From contig JBNKUM010000085.1 in the NCBI GenBank assembly GCA_050298595.1, forward strand, positions 226,035 to 290,034: a DNA stretch of 64,000 nucleotides. Reading direction: 5' to 3'. The DNA comes from Gammaproteobacteria bacterium. GTDB taxonomy: Bacteria; Pseudomonadota; Gammaproteobacteria; GCA-001735895. The notes under the pieces were generated by a model, which was given only the letters and a program-made list of their open reading frames with translations, had not been told where the DNA came from and searched no databases. A program made the translations under genes and the position numbers. Below are positions 1 through 9,942 of this stretch, piece after piece; position 1 is the stretch's first letter, and the number at the start of each line of letters is the position of its first letter.

Positions 1-318
1 CAGCGCACACATAGCATGAACCACAAATCCGTTGAGGCGGATTCGATGTACTCTTTGCTCCATAGTAAATGGGTAACAGCCGAGGATATTGCCGGCTTCG
101 TCCAGCGTAATCATATCCAGTTGCTCAAGCTTCTGAATACGAGCTTTGGCCTCACCATCCCATTCTATCAATTGCTGCTGAGCGGGTGCTTTGCCCTGAT
201 GATAAAAACTGGATAATACCGCCATATATATCGAAGCCGTTTCACTTTCCAGCTCGTCCAGATTCTTTTTTAACGGCAAAATCCCGTTCAAGCGAGCTAC
301 CGCTTTCTCCACTTTCAT
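1..318 (-). CDS. Organomercurial lyase (MerB)-family protein, N-terminal part (runs off the window start)
   Basis: Hand translation, absent from the ORF track: MKVEKAVARLNG...LDEAGNILGCYPFTMEQRVHRIRLNGFVVHAMCAL. The G-x-YPF, HR and AMCAL(D) pattern resembles the MerB catalytic Cys region. Confidence 0.7.
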   Translation of the reverse strand, partial: MKVEKAVARLNGILPLKKNLDELESETASIYMAVLSSFYHQGKAPAQQQLIEWDGEAKARIQKLEQLDMITLDEAGNILGCYPFTMEQRVHRIRLNGFVVHAMCAL

Positions 319-454
319 ACTTAGTCATCCTGTAAAACAACTGACTTTAGCATAGCTATGTGATTGTACTCATATAACACGCATCATTTTTTAGTTGAAT
401 TTCATCCTGACAGCCACTATCTGCTAGAATCATATTTTTCCGATTGAATTTCTT

Positions 455-721
455 ATGGCTCGCGTTACTGTTTACAGCACTGGTAGCTGCCCGATTTGCG
501 AACAGACCAAAAAACTGCTCGCTAAATGGCGCATTCCCTACAACGAAATCCGTCTCGACAACGAACCTTCTGAACAGCGTCGCTTTTTAAAGCTGACCGA
601 AGGCGCGCGTTCGGTCCCACAGATATTGATTGATGACCAATGGATAGGTGGATTTACTGAGTTGACTGAGATGCATATGGAAGACCAGCTGGATGATTTG
701 ATGGAGCCGTTAGAATCATGA
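455..721 (+). CDS. Glutaredoxin (Grx3-like)
   Basis: CPIC active site, SVPQI and IGGF motifs, 88 aa. Confidence 0.9.
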   Translation: MARVTVYSTGSCPICEQTKKLLAKWRIPYNEIRLDNEPSEQRRFLKLTEGARSVPQILIDDQWIGGFTELTEMHMEDQLDDLMEPLES

Positions 722-1059
722 CTAATAAAAAATCCAAAAGTATCTTCCGTGTCATATTCATTAACCAGAACAAGATTTATGAGCTATACGCACACGAAGT
801 CAGTCAGGCATCCATGTTGGGTTTCATTGAAATCGGGGATATTATTTTCGGTGAGCGCAGTAAGTTACTGGTAGACCCGGCAGAAGAAAAGCTTAAATCT
901 GAATTTGAAGGCGTTACAAACACCTATGTTCCACATCACTCGATCATTCGTATTGATGAAGTGGAAAAAGAAGGCAAAAATCGTATCCATGATGTAGATG
1001 GCTCCAGCATATCCATGTTTCCGGGTAGCCAGTTTTCACAACCACCTACCAACCGATAA
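718..1059 (+). CDS. DUF1820 family protein
   Basis: FINQNKIYELYA...LLVDPAEEKLKSEF...IIRIDEVEKEG pattern; ATGA overlap with the glutaredoxin gene. Confidence 0.8.
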   Translation: MTNKKSKSIFRVIFINQNKIYELYAHEVSQASMLGFIEIGDIIFGERSKLLVDPAEEKLKSEFEGVTNTYVPHHSIIRIDEVEKEGKNRIHDVDGSSISMFPGSQFSQPPTNR

Positions 1060-1075
1060 TAAGTGGTTGCGTCCG

Positions 1076-1903
1076 GTGCAAATTAGTGTAGTCATCCCTA
1101 GCCATAATCGCGCCCATACCCTTGAACGAGCATTGCTTTCAGTGCTCACACAGACGTCAGCGGCCGATGAAATAATTGTGGTTGACGATGGCTCTACCGA
1201 TCACAGCGCTACGCTGATGCAACAATACCCTGCTATCAAACTAATCCAGCAGGAGAACAAAGGGGTCAGTGCAGCGCGAAACACTGGTATTCGTGCAGCA
1301 ACCCACGAATGGATAGCACTACTTGATTCCGATGATGAATGGCTAGCCGACAAACTCTCAGCCATTAGACTGGCTCAACAGGATCACCCTGAGATAAAAT
1401 TATTCCACTCCAATGAAATCTGGATTCGAAATAGCGTTCGCGTTAACCCGATGAATAAACACAACAAATACGGTGGAGATATCTTTCATTACTGTCTGCC
1501 TTTATGTGTTATTTCCCCCTCGGCAGCAGTGCTACATCACAGCCTGTTCGATCACTGCGGGTTATTCAACGAAAATTTGCCAGCCTGCGAAGACTACGAC
1601 CTGTGGTTACGCATCTGCCACCAATATCCTGTGGTCTATCTGCCGCAGGCGTTAATCAAAAAATACGGCGGGCATGACGATCAGTTATCACGTCGATTTT
1701 GGGGGATGGACCGCTTTCGCATTCAGTCCTTGCATGAGTTAATGCAATTAAAAACCTTAAACTCCGTGCAACAACAACAGACCCGGGACATGTTGGTTAA
1801 AAAACTCAAGATTCTGATCAAGGGGGCGCTTAAACACAATAACCAGAAAGTTCTGCATCAGTTCCAGCCCCTGCTTGATCAGTACGAGGCTGAAACATGT
1901 TGA
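1076..1903 (+). CDS. Glycosyltransferase family 2
   Basis: ISVVIPSHN, VVDDGSTD, LDSDD and CEDYDLW motifs. Start moved from 998 to the in-frame GTG at 1076. Confidence 0.9.
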   Translation: MQISVVIPSHNRAHTLERALLSVLTQTSAADEIIVVDDGSTDHSATLMQQYPAIKLIQQENKGVSAARNTGIRAATHEWIALLDSDDEWLADKLSAIRLAQQDHPEIKLFHSNEIWIRNSVRVNPMNKHNKYGGDIFHYCLPLCVISPSAAVLHHSLFDHCGLFNENLPACEDYDLWLRICHQYPVVYLPQALIKKYGGHDDQLSRRFWGMDRFRIQSLHELMQLKTLNSVQQQQTRDMLVKKLKILIKGALKHNNQKVLHQFQPLLDQYEAETC

Positions 1904-2526
1904 TCTGGATGTGCGCGCTACATTGTGAAGCCAAACCTGTTATCGATTTCTATCGCCTTAAAAAGAATACTGATAGCAACGCTTTCGATCTTTATCAACT
2001 TAACGATATCGCCTGCATAGTAAGTGGTATCGGCGACCTCAACATGGCAGCTGCCTGCGCCTGGGCTGCGAGCCGTTTTGAACATGATAACCCCTGCTGG
2101 ATCAACCTCGGTATAGCCGGGCATAAATCTTTAACGCCAGGAACTACGTTGCTAGCTAACCAGGTTTACCGTAAAGATAATGCACAGGCCATATACACTG
2201 TGCCACTGGTAGAGCATAACTTTACTAGCGCCTGCGTCATATCTCTGCCAGGCGAACAGACGGATTATCACCCTGACGCTGCCTACGACATGGAAGCCTA
2301 TGCTTTTCTGAACAGTTGCAGGCATTTTACTATGCTGGAATTATGCGCAAGCATAAAAGTCATCAGTGACAATGCCGATAACCCACCCGTACGAGACAAG
2401 GCTCATATCAGTCAATTGTTCGCCGATAATATTCAGGCTATTGCTGACTATGCTACGCGCTTACAGCAAGTTGCTGACAACATATTCCTCAGTCAGCCTG
2501 TTTCCCCTGCCGCTGGTAAGCCATGA
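1897..2526 (+). CDS. Nucleoside phosphorylase / MTA-SAH nucleosidase-fold protein
   Basis: SGIG, INLGIAG, YDMEA and KVISDN motifs. Confidence 0.75.
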   Translation: MLIWMCALHCEAKPVIDFYRLKKNTDSNAFDLYQLNDIACIVSGIGDLNMAAACAWAASRFEHDNPCWINLGIAGHKSLTPGTTLLANQVYRKDNAQAIYTVPLVEHNFTSACVISLPGEQTDYHPDAAYDMEAYAFLNSCRHFTMLELCASIKVISDNADNPPVRDKAHISQLFADNIQAIADYATRLQQVADNIFLSQPVSPAAGKP

Positions 2527-3239
2527 CAACACTCGCTCATAAAACCGCCCTGATCACTGGCTCCAGTTCCGGAATTGGGCTGGCTATCGTTAATACCCTG
2601 TTACAGCAGCAATGCCGGATTATAGGCATTGCACGCAATCATCAAAAAGCCGCCATCGATAATCCATTATTTACAGCATATGATCAGGATTTGTCAGACC
2701 TAAAACAGAGCGAAACCTTGATCAAGGGCATTTGCAAAACGCATAGCATCGATATCTTTATTCATTGCGCTGGAGAGGGCCTCTTTGGGTCTATAGAACA
2801 ATTTTCAATCACCCAGATAGACCGAAATATCCGTACCAATCTGACCAGCTCACTAGTACTTGCTCACTATATAGTGCCCAACATGCGCAAGCTTGCGAGC
2901 GCAAACATGCTTTTTATTGGGTCTGAGTCATCAATAAAAGCCGGGAAAAAAGGTGCACTGTATAGCAGTGCCAAGTTTGGCCTGAGAGGGCTTGCGCTAT
3001 CTTTACGTGAAGATTGCGCGCGAGATGGTATACGTGTAACGCTAATCAATCCCGGTATGGTAGATAGCCCCTTCTTCGACAATCAAAGCTTCCGGCCCGG
3101 TAGTGATAAAAGCAACTCCATCTCAACCCAGAATATCGCCGATTGCGTGCTGTATGTATTAAACAGTAGTCCTGAGATAGTATTTGACGAAATCAATATT
3201 TCACCGCGTAATAAATCGATAGATTTCAAGCCCTCCTGA
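2523..3239 (+). CDS. Short-chain dehydrogenase/reductase
   Basis: TGSSSGIG, YSSAK and NPGMV motifs. Confidence 0.9.
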   Translation: MTTLAHKTALITGSSSGIGLAIVNTLLQQQCRIIGIARNHQKAAIDNPLFTAYDQDLSDLKQSETLIKGICKTHSIDIFIHCAGEGLFGSIEQFSITQIDRNIRTNLTSSLVLAHYIVPNMRKLASANMLFIGSESSIKAGKKGALYSSAKFGLRGLALSLREDCARDGIRVTLINPGMVDSPFFDNQSFRPGSDKSNSISTQNIADCVLYVLNSSPEIVFDEINISPRNKSIDFKPS

Positions 3240-3360
3240 TGGCCTTAACCCTTACAAATCACAATAAAATTACAAATCCATTGATTGTGTTCTATATATT
3301 CGTAGAATCGCTATATATAATTAATAGATATATCAGCCCAATCTATACCGAGAGGTTTTT

Positions 3361-4362
3361 GTGAAGCTACAACAACTACGTTTTCTGGATGCCGTTGTCA
3401 GAAACAACTTGAATGTGTCATCAGCAGCTGAAGAGTTATACACCTCACAACCCGGTGTAAGTCACCAGATAAAATTGCTGGAAGAAGAACTGGATATCAA
3501 AATATTCGAACGTTCTGGTAAAAAACTGACCGGGATTTCTCCAGCAGGATATGCTGTTCTCGAACACGTTAACGAGCTGCTGAATAATGTCAAAAGCATC
3601 AAACAGGCCGCGCGGGAATATTCGCATGCCAATCGAGGCAGTCTGAGTCTCGCGACAACTCATACACAGGCACAATTTATACTGCCTCCTATATTACAGA
3701 AATTCACCCAGAAATACCCACGTATAGATTTACAGGTACATCAGGGCAACCCCAAAGAGATGTGTAAACTCGCCGCCAATAACTCAGTCGACTTTGTTAT
3801 TGCTTCCGAAACCATCGATGAATTTGACGAATTGATTACCATCCCGGCCTATCTATGGAATCGCTATATCGTAGTCCCTAAAGGGCATAGCCTGACGCAA
3901 AAGCCTGAGGTTTCTCTGGTAGACCTGGCTGCATTTCCAATTTTAACCTATATGCTTGGCCTTACCGGCAGATCAAAACTGGATCGCACCTTTCATTCCG
4001 CCAATCTGGAACCTAATGTAGTGTTTACAGCTACCGATTCAGACGTCATTAAAACTTACGTCAAACTCGGACTTGGCGTGGGTATCATTGCCGAAATGGC
4101 GAAAGGTTCAAAACAGGATGATTACCTCACCTGCATCCCTGCCAACCATCTGTTTCCTGATAGCGTGATTAAAATCGGCTTTAGACATTCACGCCATATC
4201 TCAGCATTCCAGTACGAATTCCTGCATATGATGACGCCTTATCTGGAACTGGATACGATAAAAGAACTGGCCAATACCAAGGCGTTAAATGACCGCAACA
4301 AGATTCTGGAAAAATATAAAACCCCTAAATACTCAGACATGAATAATGAAGAACCCGTCTGA
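3361..4362 (+). CDS. cysB: CysB-family LysR regulator
   Basis: MKLQQLR...NVSSAAEELYTSQPGVS, LATTHTQA, TGRSKLD and DSDVIKTYV motifs. Confidence 0.85.
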   Translation: MKLQQLRFLDAVVRNNLNVSSAAEELYTSQPGVSHQIKLLEEELDIKIFERSGKKLTGISPAGYAVLEHVNELLNNVKSIKQAAREYSHANRGSLSLATTHTQAQFILPPILQKFTQKYPRIDLQVHQGNPKEMCKLAANNSVDFVIASETIDEFDELITIPAYLWNRYIVVPKGHSLTQKPEVSLVDLAAFPILTYMLGLTGRSKLDRTFHSANLEPNVVFTATDSDVIKTYVKLGLGVGIIAEMAKGSKQDDYLTCIPANHLFPDSVIKIGFRHSRHISAFQYEFLHMMTPYLELDTIKELANTKALNDRNKILEKYKTPKYSDMNNEEPV

Positions 4363-4469
4363 GCATGTTAGCTGAGCCTGCCGGGTAACAGAGTTTTCGA
4401 TAAGCTATTTTCGTTATATTCCTGTCGAAATTTTTCCATCTCTTTTTACCGCGTAGCTGCATTAAGACC

Positions 4470-7190
4470 TTACTCAAGCACATTGGGCAGCTCCAACAGT
4501 TCGATTGGAGCAGGTTTTCCAATCGTATAACCCTGAAGGTAATCAACCTTAGCTTCACGCAGGGTATGGAACATGTTCCTGGATTCCACAAATTCAGCGA
4601 TTACTTTCATACCAAGACAATGCCCAACCTCGGTGATCGAGCGTACAAAATCATACGACTGGGCATCGTGCAAAATATCCTTGATAAACACCCCGTCAAT
4701 CTTCAGATAATCAACTGGAAATTGTTTTAAATAGGTAAACGATGAGAGTCCGCTACCAAAGTCATCGAGAGAAAATTTAGCACCGAGACTTTTAATAATA
4801 CGAATAAACTCTATCGATTTTTCAACATCCTTAACAGCTGCTGTTTCAGTAATTTCAAAACACAGGCTGGTGACATCAACCGATTCGCTTTCCAGCAGCT
4901 GCACCAGAAACCGATGAAAGCTGGTGGAACCGACACTACGGCCGGAAAGGTTGATAGATAACTGAATCTTTCCATCCAACTGGGGGTTAGCCGCTAACCA
5001 GTGAATCACTTCAGAAACTACCCAGCGATCAATTTTCTCGATCAGGTTAAAGCGTTCTGCAGGCAGCAGAAATTCACCAGGACGGATAATGCTATCGTCT
5101 TCATCCTGATAGCGAATCAGGATCTCATAATGTTTACGCTTTTCCTGTTGCTTAAGCGGTACGATAGGCTGCGCATAAAGCTTGAATCGCTGTTCCGAAA
5201 ACCCTTTATTAATACCTGAAGCCCAGCCCATGGTCGAGTGATGCTCCTGCAGCTTTTCATCATCATCACCAATCAGGTAGTACTGGTTACCACCATTGTC
5301 TTTGGCAATGCTGCAGGCAGCGGTTAAACTCGCCAGTTTTTCAGAATAATCATCGCCCGCCAGACCAAAAGGTACCAGAGCAGCACTGGCCGTTATGGTG
5401 TATTCGCGACCATCCCAGCTGAACCCTTCCTGATTGATATAGGTAATAATTTCATTCACGGTATTGGCAGCAGTACTGGTTTCCGCATAGGGCAGCAGGA
5501 TACCGAACTCATCCCCACCGAGACGCGCCAGAAGATCGGACTTTCGCACATTGGCTTTTATCACTCTTGCGACCTGCTTAAGTAATAGATCGCCTACAGT
5601 ATTACCACAGGTATCATTCACCAGTTTGAATTGATCCAGATTCAGGTACACGAGAATATGCTGATTGCGCGTGTAATCGTTATCGGTAACCATAAAGTCA
5701 AACTTTCTTTCAAACGCGGATCGATTGAGAAAACCTGTCAACCTGTCATGACGCCCTTCGTAACTCAATTTTCGACGCAATTTGCGATCTTCGGTTACAT
5801 CCTTAAATACCAGTACATAACCGATATCTTCCGATCCCTTCTCTAGCATAGGAGATGCCATCATTTCCAGCTCTATGATATGTCCATCCTGCTGTATAAA
5901 TACATTTTCCTGATGCGGGGGACTTTTTAGTAGACGTTTTAAATTAGTTATATGAGTCGTAGAACGGTTGCTATACATGACTACCACTTCATCCAGAGTG
6001 TATAGCCGCATATTTTCTTCCGTATCCCCCAGTAATCTTTCTGCCGCTGGATTAGCCAGCTGAATCATTAATTTCGAGTTCACCACAACAACAGCATTGG
6101 TAATTGAATCGAGCGTTGTAGAGATAAAGTCACGCTCACTGATCAATTCTTTTTCAGCCAGCTTTTGAAGCTGCGAAGCCTCTTGCATTCCATACACTAG
6201 CTCATTGTAAACCTCAACCAACTCGCCTAATTCGACGGGTAATTTTTCTGTTTTGATAGGCGTGTAACTGCCTGTTAGCAGAGCACCGACAGAACTACGT
6301 ATAAGACCCATCGGGCGAAATGCAAGCCCCAGCAAAAGTATCACTAACACCAGAACTACCAGGGCAACACTCACTGTGATGATCAACAGCCTCATACTGG
6401 TTTGTTCGATCATCTGGTTGAAATTACTGAAGTCAAATAGCGCTGAAACAATTACCCCGATTGCATGATCGTCACCATATAGACTGTAGGAAACAGGCCT
6501 GACCTTGTTATCCTTATACTTAGCATTCGACCAGTTGGGCGACTGAAACAACTGACGATGGTTGGCATTACTGAGTTGAACAGGTGCCTGTATTTCCTGC
6601 GCCAGTTGTTGTAACTGGTCCTGGGTGTAGGCAATAACATGCATAAAGCCTTTTGGTTTGAGCGCTCCCATCGACAGCATTGCTTCTGCGTATAATTCTC
6701 CATCATGGCTACACAAAGCAAACCTGGGTTTCAGTTTCTGGATAGCGCTCAAGCTTTTGATCTTGTCAATAAGTACCGGGCAACCCGTGTATTGTGAATT
6801 TACATCTTCGTGTGCACTGGTGATGATTAAGCCTTGCGGATCACGAATTAAAAGGGTTTTGAAATGAATCAGGCCACTGTTGTTATAAACCTGAGAAAAA
6901 CTCTTCTGCAGAAACACAGATAATGCCGGCAAATCACCTTCAGCAAATGCCTGACGAAATTGCTCATCATTCTGCAGCTGATAGGAAAACTGTTTTTGAC
7001 GCTGATTTAACTCCCTGACCAACTGATGGGTTTTAATACTTAAAATATGAATGTTTGATTGAAGCTGATTTTCAAAAGCAAATCTTTCATAGGTGGAAGA
7101 GGAATACCAGGCCAGTCCCAAAGCCAGTAACGTTAATACAATCATGCCTATTAACGCTATTGCTCGAATACCAAAGAGACGGCTTAACAT
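4470..7190 (-). CDS. Membrane sensor with HAMP, PAS, GGDEF and EAL domains (c-di-GMP enzyme)
   Basis: Two TM segments around a periplasmic domain; RLGGDEF; EIL, FEITE, DDFGSG and KIDG motifs. Confidence 0.9.
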   Translation of the reverse strand: MLSRLFGIRAIALIGMIVLTLLALGLAWYSSSTYERFAFENQLQSNIHILSIKTHQLVRELNQRQKQFSYQLQNDEQFRQAFAEGDLPALSVFLQKSFSQVYNNSGLIHFKTLLIRDPQGLIITSAHEDVNSQYTGCPVLIDKIKSLSAIQKLKPRFALCSHDGELYAEAMLSMGALKPKGFMHVIAYTQDQLQQLAQEIQAPVQLSNANHRQLFQSPNWSNAKYKDNKVRPVSYSLYGDDHAIGVIVSALFDFSNFNQMIEQTSMRLLIITVSVALVVLVLVILLLGLAFRPMGLIRSSVGALLTGSYTPIKTEKLPVELGELVEVYNELVYGMQEASQLQKLAEKELISERDFISTTLDSITNAVVVVNSKLMIQLANPAAERLLGDTEENMRLYTLDEVVVMYSNRSTTHITNLKRLLKSPPHQENVFIQQDGHIIELEMMASPMLEKGSEDIGYVLVFKDVTEDRKLRRKLSYEGRHDRLTGFLNRSAFERKFDFMVTDNDYTRNQHILVYLNLDQFKLVNDTCGNTVGDLLLKQVARVIKANVRKSDLLARLGGDEFGILLPYAETSTAANTVNEIITYINQEGFSWDGREYTITASAALVPFGLAGDDYSEKLASLTAACSIAKDNGGNQYYLIGDDDEKLQEHHSTMGWASGINKGFSEQRFKLYAQPIVPLKQQEKRKHYEILIRYQDEDDSIIRPGEFLLPAERFNLIEKIDRWVVSEVIHWLAANPQLDGKIQLSINLSGRSVGSTSFHRFLVQLLESESVDVTSLCFEITETAAVKDVEKSIEFIRIIKSLGAKFSLDDFGSGLSSFTYLKQFPVDYLKIDGVFIKDILHDAQSYDFVRSITEVGHCLGMKVIAEFVESRNMFHTLREAKVDYLQGYTIGKPAPIELLELPNVLE

Positions 7191-7193
7191 GCA

Positions 7194-7634
7194 TTACTCC
7201 ATAAGATAAGGGTAATCCTTTAACCGCCACTCTTGAAATCCACCTTTAAACCAGTAGAGGTATTTATATCCACATTTTTGAGCAATTTTAATTGCCTTCA
7301 TACTGCGCCCACATTTAATACCATTGCAATAAAAAGCTAGCATCCGAGTTTTATCACTGGTGATTTTATTCAATGTTTTACAACTGGTTAGCTCATCAGG
7401 CAAGCTTATTGAATCTTCAATATATCCAAGCTTGCGGTCATCGCTTACTCTGGAGTCGATCACAACAAGTTCGGGACTGGCATGCGCCAGTTCGATGAGT
7501 GATTCTGCATCAAGGTTTTGAACACCCGAAATTTCACTGACCTGAGAATCCGCAACCAGTAATGGTGGAAAAAGGGCTATCACGATAGTACAAAGCGCCC
7601 CCAAATGTCTAAATCGCATCGCCCTCACATACAA
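7194..7634 (-). CDS. Exported single-domain rhodanese
   Basis: Signal peptide; VIDSR, FYCNGIKCGRS and WFKGGFQEW motifs. Confidence 0.85.
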   Translation of the reverse strand: MYVRAMRFRHLGALCTIVIALFPPLLVADSQVSEISGVQNLDAESLIELAHASPELVVIDSRVSDDRKLGYIEDSISLPDELTSCKTLNKITSDKTRMLAFYCNGIKCGRSMKAIKIAQKCGYKYLYWFKGGFQEWRLKDYPYLME

Positions 7635-7719
7635 TCAGAGAAGATAAAACTAGATTATAGAAGAGATATGGGATTTATCTGGGGCATTAGACAAATAACT
7701 GCGACTTAAATCAGAAGGT

Positions 7720-8346
7720 TCACAGGCAAGCGACGCCCGTGCCTCCGAGCCCACAATATCCCTGTGGATTTTTTGCCAGATATTGCTGATGGTACTCTTC
7801 GGCATAATAAAACGGACCTGCCGCTAATATCTCGGTAGTGATCTCAGAGTAGCCTTGCTGAGCAATCGCCTGTTGATAGCGCTCACGCGTATTAAGCGCG
7901 GCCTTCAACTGGATTTCATTTCTATAATAAATACCGGAACGGTACTGGCTACCTCTATCGTTTCCCTGCCGCATGCCCTGGGTAGGATCATGAGACTCCC
8001 AGAAAATCTTCAGCAGTTGTTCTATAGCGATTATCGCAGGCTGATAAATGACCAATACTGTTTCATTATGACCGGTAAGACCTGTGCAAACCTCCTGGTA
8101 ACTCGGGTTGGGCGTTATTCCTGCTGAGTAACCGACCGCTGTACTATAGACACCCTCCACAGGCCAGAACTTGCGTTCAACACCCCAGAAGCAGCCCATG
8201 CCGAATATGATCGATTCACAGTCATCCGGAAACGGTTCCAGCATACTGCGTCCATGTACAAAATGGCGACCTGAGATTTCTATCGACTGACTGCGTCCCG
8301 CTAGAGCATCCTTTGCTGAGGGTAACTTTATCGGTTTTCCGAACAT
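7720..8346 (-). CDS. msrA: Peptide methionine sulfoxide reductase A
   Basis: [21 protein letters not shown] and AEEYHQQY motifs. Confidence 0.95.
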   Translation of the reverse strand: MFGKPIKLPSAKDALAGRSQSIEISGRHFVHGRSMLEPFPDDCESIIFGMGCFWGVERKFWPVEGVYSTAVGYSAGITPNPSYQEVCTGLTGHNETVLVIYQPAIIAIEQLLKIFWESHDPTQGMRQGNDRGSQYRSGIYYRNEIQLKAALNTRERYQQAIAQQGYSEITTEILAAGPFYYAEEYHQQYLAKNPQGYCGLGGTGVACL

Positions 8347-8359
8347 GAGTCATTATCTC

Positions 8360-9133
8360 TCAATACAGTGAATGGACCTGAATCGATGCAGGGCTAAAAT
8401 TCGACAGCTTGCACAGGGCATCGATATCATGAATTTTCAGCGTTTTGCCAGAAATTTCCATCAGGCCTTCTTCGCGTAAGGTTCTTAAGGTGCGGTTCAC
8501 ATGGATCTTGGTAAGCCCGGTGGCATCTCCGATATCTTCCTGAGAGATAGGAAAATTGATATGGTAATCATCATTGTTATTGTAAATTGATTTCACCCTG
8601 AAAAATAACTCAGTGCAAAAGAAAGCAATCCTTGCTATTGCTGACTGCTGTCCAATGGTTAATAAGCGACTTTGACAGATATTCATATCGCGTGCGTTAA
8701 GTTCGGTCAGACGTTTGGCTACGCTCAGATTTTTACGCAGTAAATCAGGTATATCCTTACGAGGAAATGCACACACTACGGCATCATTGAGACTCATCGC
8801 AGAATGCGTCATAACCGCACCCATATTAGCCTGGAACCCCAGCATATCACCCGGCAGGGCAATCCTTAGAATCTGCCGCTTACCATTATCAAGAGTTTTG
8901 TAAACTGCAAACCAGCCATGATAGATAGTAAACATATACTCATTAACCTGCGATTCCCGGAAAATTTCCTTACGTGATTTAACGGTAAACTGATTAATTC
9001 TATAGGTCTGTGTCCAGTCCAGTTCGTTTTCGGGCACCCCGTGAAACAGTGCCAGTCGACGTATTGAACATTCAGTACAAACGGTCTGATTGTTTTCCAC
9101 CGGTAACAAATTGGCATGTCTATCTATCTTCAT
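8360..9133 (-). CDS. Crp/Fnr-family regulator
   Basis: N-terminal CxxC, cNMP fold (GKRQIL...PGD), C-terminal HTH (SQEDIGDATGLTKIHVNR). Start is 9133 or 9151. Confidence 0.88.
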   Translation of the reverse strand: MKIDRHANLLPVENNQTVCTECSIRRLALFHGVPENELDWTQTYRINQFTVKSRKEIFRESQVNEYMFTIYHGWFAVYKTLDNGKRQILRIALPGDMLGFQANMGAVMTHSAMSLNDAVVCAFPRKDIPDLLRKNLSVAKRLTELNARDMNICQSRLLTIGQQSAIARIAFFCTELFFRVKSIYNNNDDYHINFPISQEDIGDATGLTKIHVNRTLRTLREEGLMEISGKTLKIHDIDALCKLSNFSPASIQVHSLY

Positions 9134-9135
9134 TA

Positions 9136-9942
9136 TTAAATCTCTATCCATACAGGTGCATGATCGGAGGGTTTTGCCATACTTCGAATATCATAATCGA
9201 TACCAGCATCAGTTACTTTAGTTTTCAAAAGATCCGATACCATCAAATGATCAATACGCAAGCCTCTTCGAGGCTCTCGCTCAAAACCCTTACTTCGGTA
9301 ATCAAACCAGCTAAAAAGATTGTCTTCCTGCGGGTAAATCAGGCGAAAACCATCATGATAACCCAACGCACAAAGCTCAAGAAACCATTCTCTTTCTTCT
9401 GGTAAGAAACTCGTTTTACCGGTTTTTAACCAGCGCTTTGCATTATCAGCGCCGATACCGATATCTTTATCATCCGGTGCAATATTGTAGTCCCCCATGA
9501 CTACAATACGCTGTTTAGAATTATGATTATTTTTCAAAAAATGATTTAAATCCTGATAAAAGCGGGCTTTCGCTGGAAACTTGACCGCATGGTCGCGCGA
9601 TTCACCCTGTGGAAAATAACCGTTATAGATATACCACTCTTCACCATCAATTTGATAAAGACCACCAATGAAGCGCTTTTGCGCTTCGTCACCATCATCG
9701 GGAAATCCCATCTGTGCCTGTTGACAGGAATGACGTGATAGTAAGGCGACACCATAGTGTGTTTTCTGCCCCATGAAGATAGCCTGATAACCCAGCGCTT
9801 CAATATCCTTTAATGGAAACTCATGATCCTGAACCTTGGTTTCCTGCAGGCCGATAAACTCCGGATCGTGCTTTTCAATGACCGCCTCGAGCTGATGCAG
9901 CCGCAGGCGCACACTGTTTACATTAAAAGAAACGATTTTCAT
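9136..9942 (-). CDS. xthA: Exodeoxyribonuclease III
   Basis: SFNVNS, LQETK, GDYNIA, GLRID and PSDHAP motifs. Confidence 0.95.
   Translation of the reverse strand: MKIVSFNVNSVRLRLHQLEAVIEKHDPEFIGLQETKVQDHEFPLKDIEALGYQAIFMGQKTHYGVALLSRHSCQQAQMGFPDDGDEAQKRFIGGLYQIDGEEWYIYNGYFPQGESRDHAVKFPAKARFYQDLNHFLKNNHNSKQRIVVMGDYNIAPDDKDIGIGADNAKRWLKTGKTSFLPEEREWFLELCALGYHDGFRLIYPQEDNLFSWFDYRSKGFEREPRRGLRIDHLMVSDLLKTKVTDAGIDYDIRSMAKPSDHAPVWIEI

Noticed and set aside
16-216. 66-aa plus-strand ORF
   Set aside because: It is antisense to the MerB-like gene.
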